Source: Escherichia coli
GTDB lineage: Bacteria; Pseudomonadota; Gammaproteobacteria; Enterobacterales; Enterobacteriaceae
Length of the DNA: 64,000 bases
NCBI RefSeq assembly: GCF_003991155.1
Contig: NZ_CP031293.1
Reading direction: 5' to 3' (one strand)
Below, in pieces: positions 61,690 through 64,000 of the stretch (positions are counted from its first letter, which is position 1; the number at the start of each line of letters is the position of its first letter). The translations under genes and the position numbers were made by a program. The notes below the pieces were generated by a model, which saw only the letters and a program-made list of their open reading frames with translations, searched no databases and was not told where the DNA came from.

Positions 61690-63969
61690 ATGAGCGAGCC
61701 GTTAATTGTCGGCATCCGGCATCATAGCCCGGCCTGCGCCCGGCTGGTGAAATCGTTAATCGAAAGCCAGCGGCCACGATACGTGTTGATTGAAGGCCCG
61801 GCTGATTTTAATGACCGGGTAGACGAACTGTTTTTAGCCCACCAGCTTCCGGTAGCTATTTACAGTTATTGCCAGTATCAGGACGGTACGGCCCCCGGGC
61901 GCGGTGCCTGGACGCCATTTGCTGAATTTTCACCGGAGTGGCAGGCGCTACAAGCCGCACGTCGTATTCAGGCACAAACTTACTTCATCGATTTACCTTG
62001 CTGGGCGCAGAGTGAAGAAGATGACGATTCGCCTGATACGCAAGAGGAAAGCCAGACCTTGCTGCTGCGTGCCACCCGCATGGATAACAGCGACACCCTG
62101 TGGGATCACTTGTTCGAAGATGAAAGCCAGCAAACTGCATTACCCTCTGCGCTGGCGCACTATTTTGCACAACTGCGGGGCGATTCCCCCGGAGATGCTC
62201 TCAATCGTCAGCGCGAAGCCTTTATGGCCCGCTGGATTGCATGGGCGATGCAGCAAAACAATGGCGACGTGTTAGTCGTCTGCGGCGGCTGGCATGCTCC
62301 GGCACTGGCAAAGATGTGGCGCGAATACACGCAGGAAATTAACACGCCGGAATTGCCCTCGCTGGCAGATGTCGTTACAGGTTGTTATCTCACCCCCTAC
62401 AGTGAAAAGCGCCTTGATGTGCTGGCAGGATACCTTTCCGGTATGCCTGCCCCGGTCTGGCAAAACTGGTGCTGGCGGTGGGGCTTGCAGCAGGCAGGTG
62501 AACAACTGCTGAAAACGGTTCTTACCCGTTTGCGCCAGCACCACTTGCCTGCTTCAACAGCGGATATGGCTGCCGCTCATCTGCATGCGATGGCACTGGC
62601 ACAGTTGCGCGGTCATACACTACCGTTACGCACTGACTGGCTGGATGCCATAGCAGGCTCGCTGATTAAAGAAGCCCTGAATGCGCCGTTGCCGTGGAGC
62701 TATCGCGGCGTTATTCATCCCGATACCGATCCGATTCTGCTAACGTTGATAGACACATTAGCGGGTGACGGATTCGGTAAACTTGCCCCTTCTACGCCAC
62801 AACCGCCTCTGCCAAAAGATGTCACCTGCGAACTGGAACGTACCGCAATCTCTCTTCCGGCGGAGCTTACCTTAAATCGCTTTAACCCCAATGGACTAGC
62901 GCAAAGTCAGGTGTTACATCGGCTGGCAATACTGGAGATCCCAGGGATTGTACGCCAGCAGGGAAGCACACTGACACTTGCAGGCAACGGTGAAGAACGC
63001 TGGAAATTAACCCGCCCGCTTAGCCAGCATGCGGCATTGATTGAGGCCGCCTGCTTTGGTGCAACACTCCAGGAAGCCGCACGCCATAAATTAGAAGCCG
63101 ATATGCTGGACGCGGGTGGAATCGGCAGTATCACCACATGTCTTAGCCAGGCGGCGTTAGCGGGTCTGGCGTCCTTCAGTCAGCAATTACTGGAACAACT
63201 CACATTATTAATCGCCCAAGAAAATCAGTTTGCCGAAATGGGCCAGGCGCTGGAAGTGCTTTACGCCTTGTGGCAGCTCGATGAAATCAGCGGTATGCAA
63301 GGCGCGCAGATATTACAAACGACGTTATGCGCGGCTATCGATCGCACGCTGTGGCTGTGTGAATCTAACGGCAGACCGGATGAAAAGGAGTTTCACGCTC
63401 ACCTGCATAGCTGGCAAGCGCTTTGCCATATCCTGCGCGATCTACATAGCGGCGTTAATTTACCCGGCGTTTCTCTTTCTGCGGCGGTAGCCTTACTGGA
63501 GCGACGCAGTCAGGCGATTCATGCCCCGGCGCTGGATCGCGGCGCGGCTCTTGGCGCACTAATGCGTCTGGAACATCCCAACGCCAGTGCCGAAGCGGCG
63601 CTGACGATGCTGGCGCAGTTATCCCCGGCACAATCCGGCGAGGCGCTGCACGGTTTGCTGGCGCTGGCCCGCCATCAACTGGCCTGTCAGCTGGCATTTA
63701 TCGCCGGTTTCAGTAGTCATTTAAATCAACTGAGTGACGACGATTTTATTAACGCCCTGCCCGATTTACGCGCGGCGATGGCCTGGCTACCACCACGAGA
63801 ACGCGGGACGCTGGCGCATCAGGTGCTTGAGCATTACCAGCTCGCACAGCTTCCCATTTCAGCGCTGCAAATGCCGTTGCATTGTCCACCGCAAGCCATT
63901 GCACATCATCAACAACTCGAACAGCAGGCACTGGCATCGCTGCAACACTGGGGAGTTTTCCATGTCTGA
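61690..63969 (+). CDS. yehM: YehM, large protein of unknown function (759 aa from MSEPLIVGIRHHSPA)
   Basis: Conserved partner of yehL. The start lies 8 nt after the yehL stop, and the track ORF start at 61522 is inside yehL. Confidence 0.88.
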   Translation: MSEPLIVGIRHHSPACARLVKSLIESQRPRYVLIEGPADFNDRVDELFLAHQLPVAIYSYCQYQDGTAPGRGAWTPFAEFSPEWQALQAARRIQAQTYFIDLPCWAQSEEDDDSPDTQEESQTLLLRATRMDNSDTLWDHLFEDESQQTALPSALAHYFAQLRGDSPGDALNRQREAFMARWIAWAMQQNNGDVLVVCGGWHAPALAKMWREYTQEINTPELPSLADVVTGCYLTPYSEKRLDVLAGYLSGMPAPVWQNWCWRWGLQQAGEQLLKTVLTRLRQHHLPASTADMAAAHLHAMALAQLRGHTLPLRTDWLDAIAGSLIKEALNAPLPWSYRGVIHPDTDPILLTLIDTLAGDGFGKLAPSTPQPPLPKDVTCELERTAISLPAELTLNRFNPNGLAQSQVLHRLAILEIPGIVRQQGSTLTLAGNGEERWKLTRPLSQHAALIEAACFGATLQEAARHKLEADMLDAGGIGSITTCLSQAALAGLASFSQQLLEQLTLLIAQENQFAEMGQALEVLYALWQLDEISGMQGAQILQTTLCAAIDRTLWLCESNGRPDEKEFHAHLHSWQALCHILRDLHSGVNLPGVSLSAAVALLERRSQAIHAPALDRGAALGALMRLEHPNASAEAALTMLAQLSPAQSGEALHGLLALARHQLACQLAFIAGFSSHLNQLSDDDFINALPDLRAAMAWLPPRERGTLAHQVLEHYQLAQLPISALQMPLHCPPQAIAHHQQLEQQALASLQHWGVFHV

Positions 63970-64000
63970 ACTGAACGATCTTCTGACCACCTGTGAGCTA
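63962..64000 (+). CDS. yehP: YehP (VWA-domain protein), first 13 codons only
   Basis: ATG 63962 overlaps the yehM stop (ATGTCTGA). MSELNDLLTT matches the YehP N-terminus as I recall. The VWA domain itself lies outside the window. Confidence 0.6.
   Translation, partial: MSELNDLLTTCEL

Overview
This is an Escherichia coli chromosomal segment from a non-K-12 strain, running from the 3' end of mdtA to the start of yehP. All identifications rest on my reading of the translated ORFs and the raw sequence; no database search was possible.

The conserved backbone, in order:
- mdtA'(3' end)-mdtBCD-baeSR, yegP, yegQ, the CyaR sRNA, yegR, yegS
- gatR (intact) and gatDCBAZY, fbaB, yegTUV, yegW, yegX
- thiD-thiM with its TPP riboswitch
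- rcnR-rcnA-rcnB
- the yehABCD fimbrial operon, yehE, mrp/apbC, metG
- the yeh cluster of unknown function

The non-backbone or unusual content:
1. A roughly 7.7-kb AT-rich island carrying a tyrosine integrase sits inside the thiM TPP riboswitch. It is bounded by an 82-bp perfect direct repeat of the aptamer.
   - It carries a 1.76-kb ORF-free, motif-dense region that may be an origin of replication or an ncRNA.
   - It carries a wHTH replication-like protein ending in an SSB-tip-like DDFDIPF tail, and a serine recombinase with a res-like palindrome.
   - It also carries an XRE regulator, a small secreted protein and an HNH nuclease with an unknown N-terminal domain.
2. A ParD/ParE toxin-antitoxin pair lies between yegP and yegQ.
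3. A ZorO/Orz-type type I toxin-antitoxin locus lies between yehK and yehL. The 29-aa toxin is too short for the ORF track, and its divergent promoters share one palindromic -35.
4. Three tandem roughly 1,200-1,270-aa DUF4132 paralogs lie upstream of yehK and yehL (MoxR AAA+)-yehM-yehP. Two of the paralogs have N-terminal WGR domains. This is an uncharacterised, possibly NTP-dependent conflict or sensor system.

I saw no CRISPR array, rRNA or tRNA.
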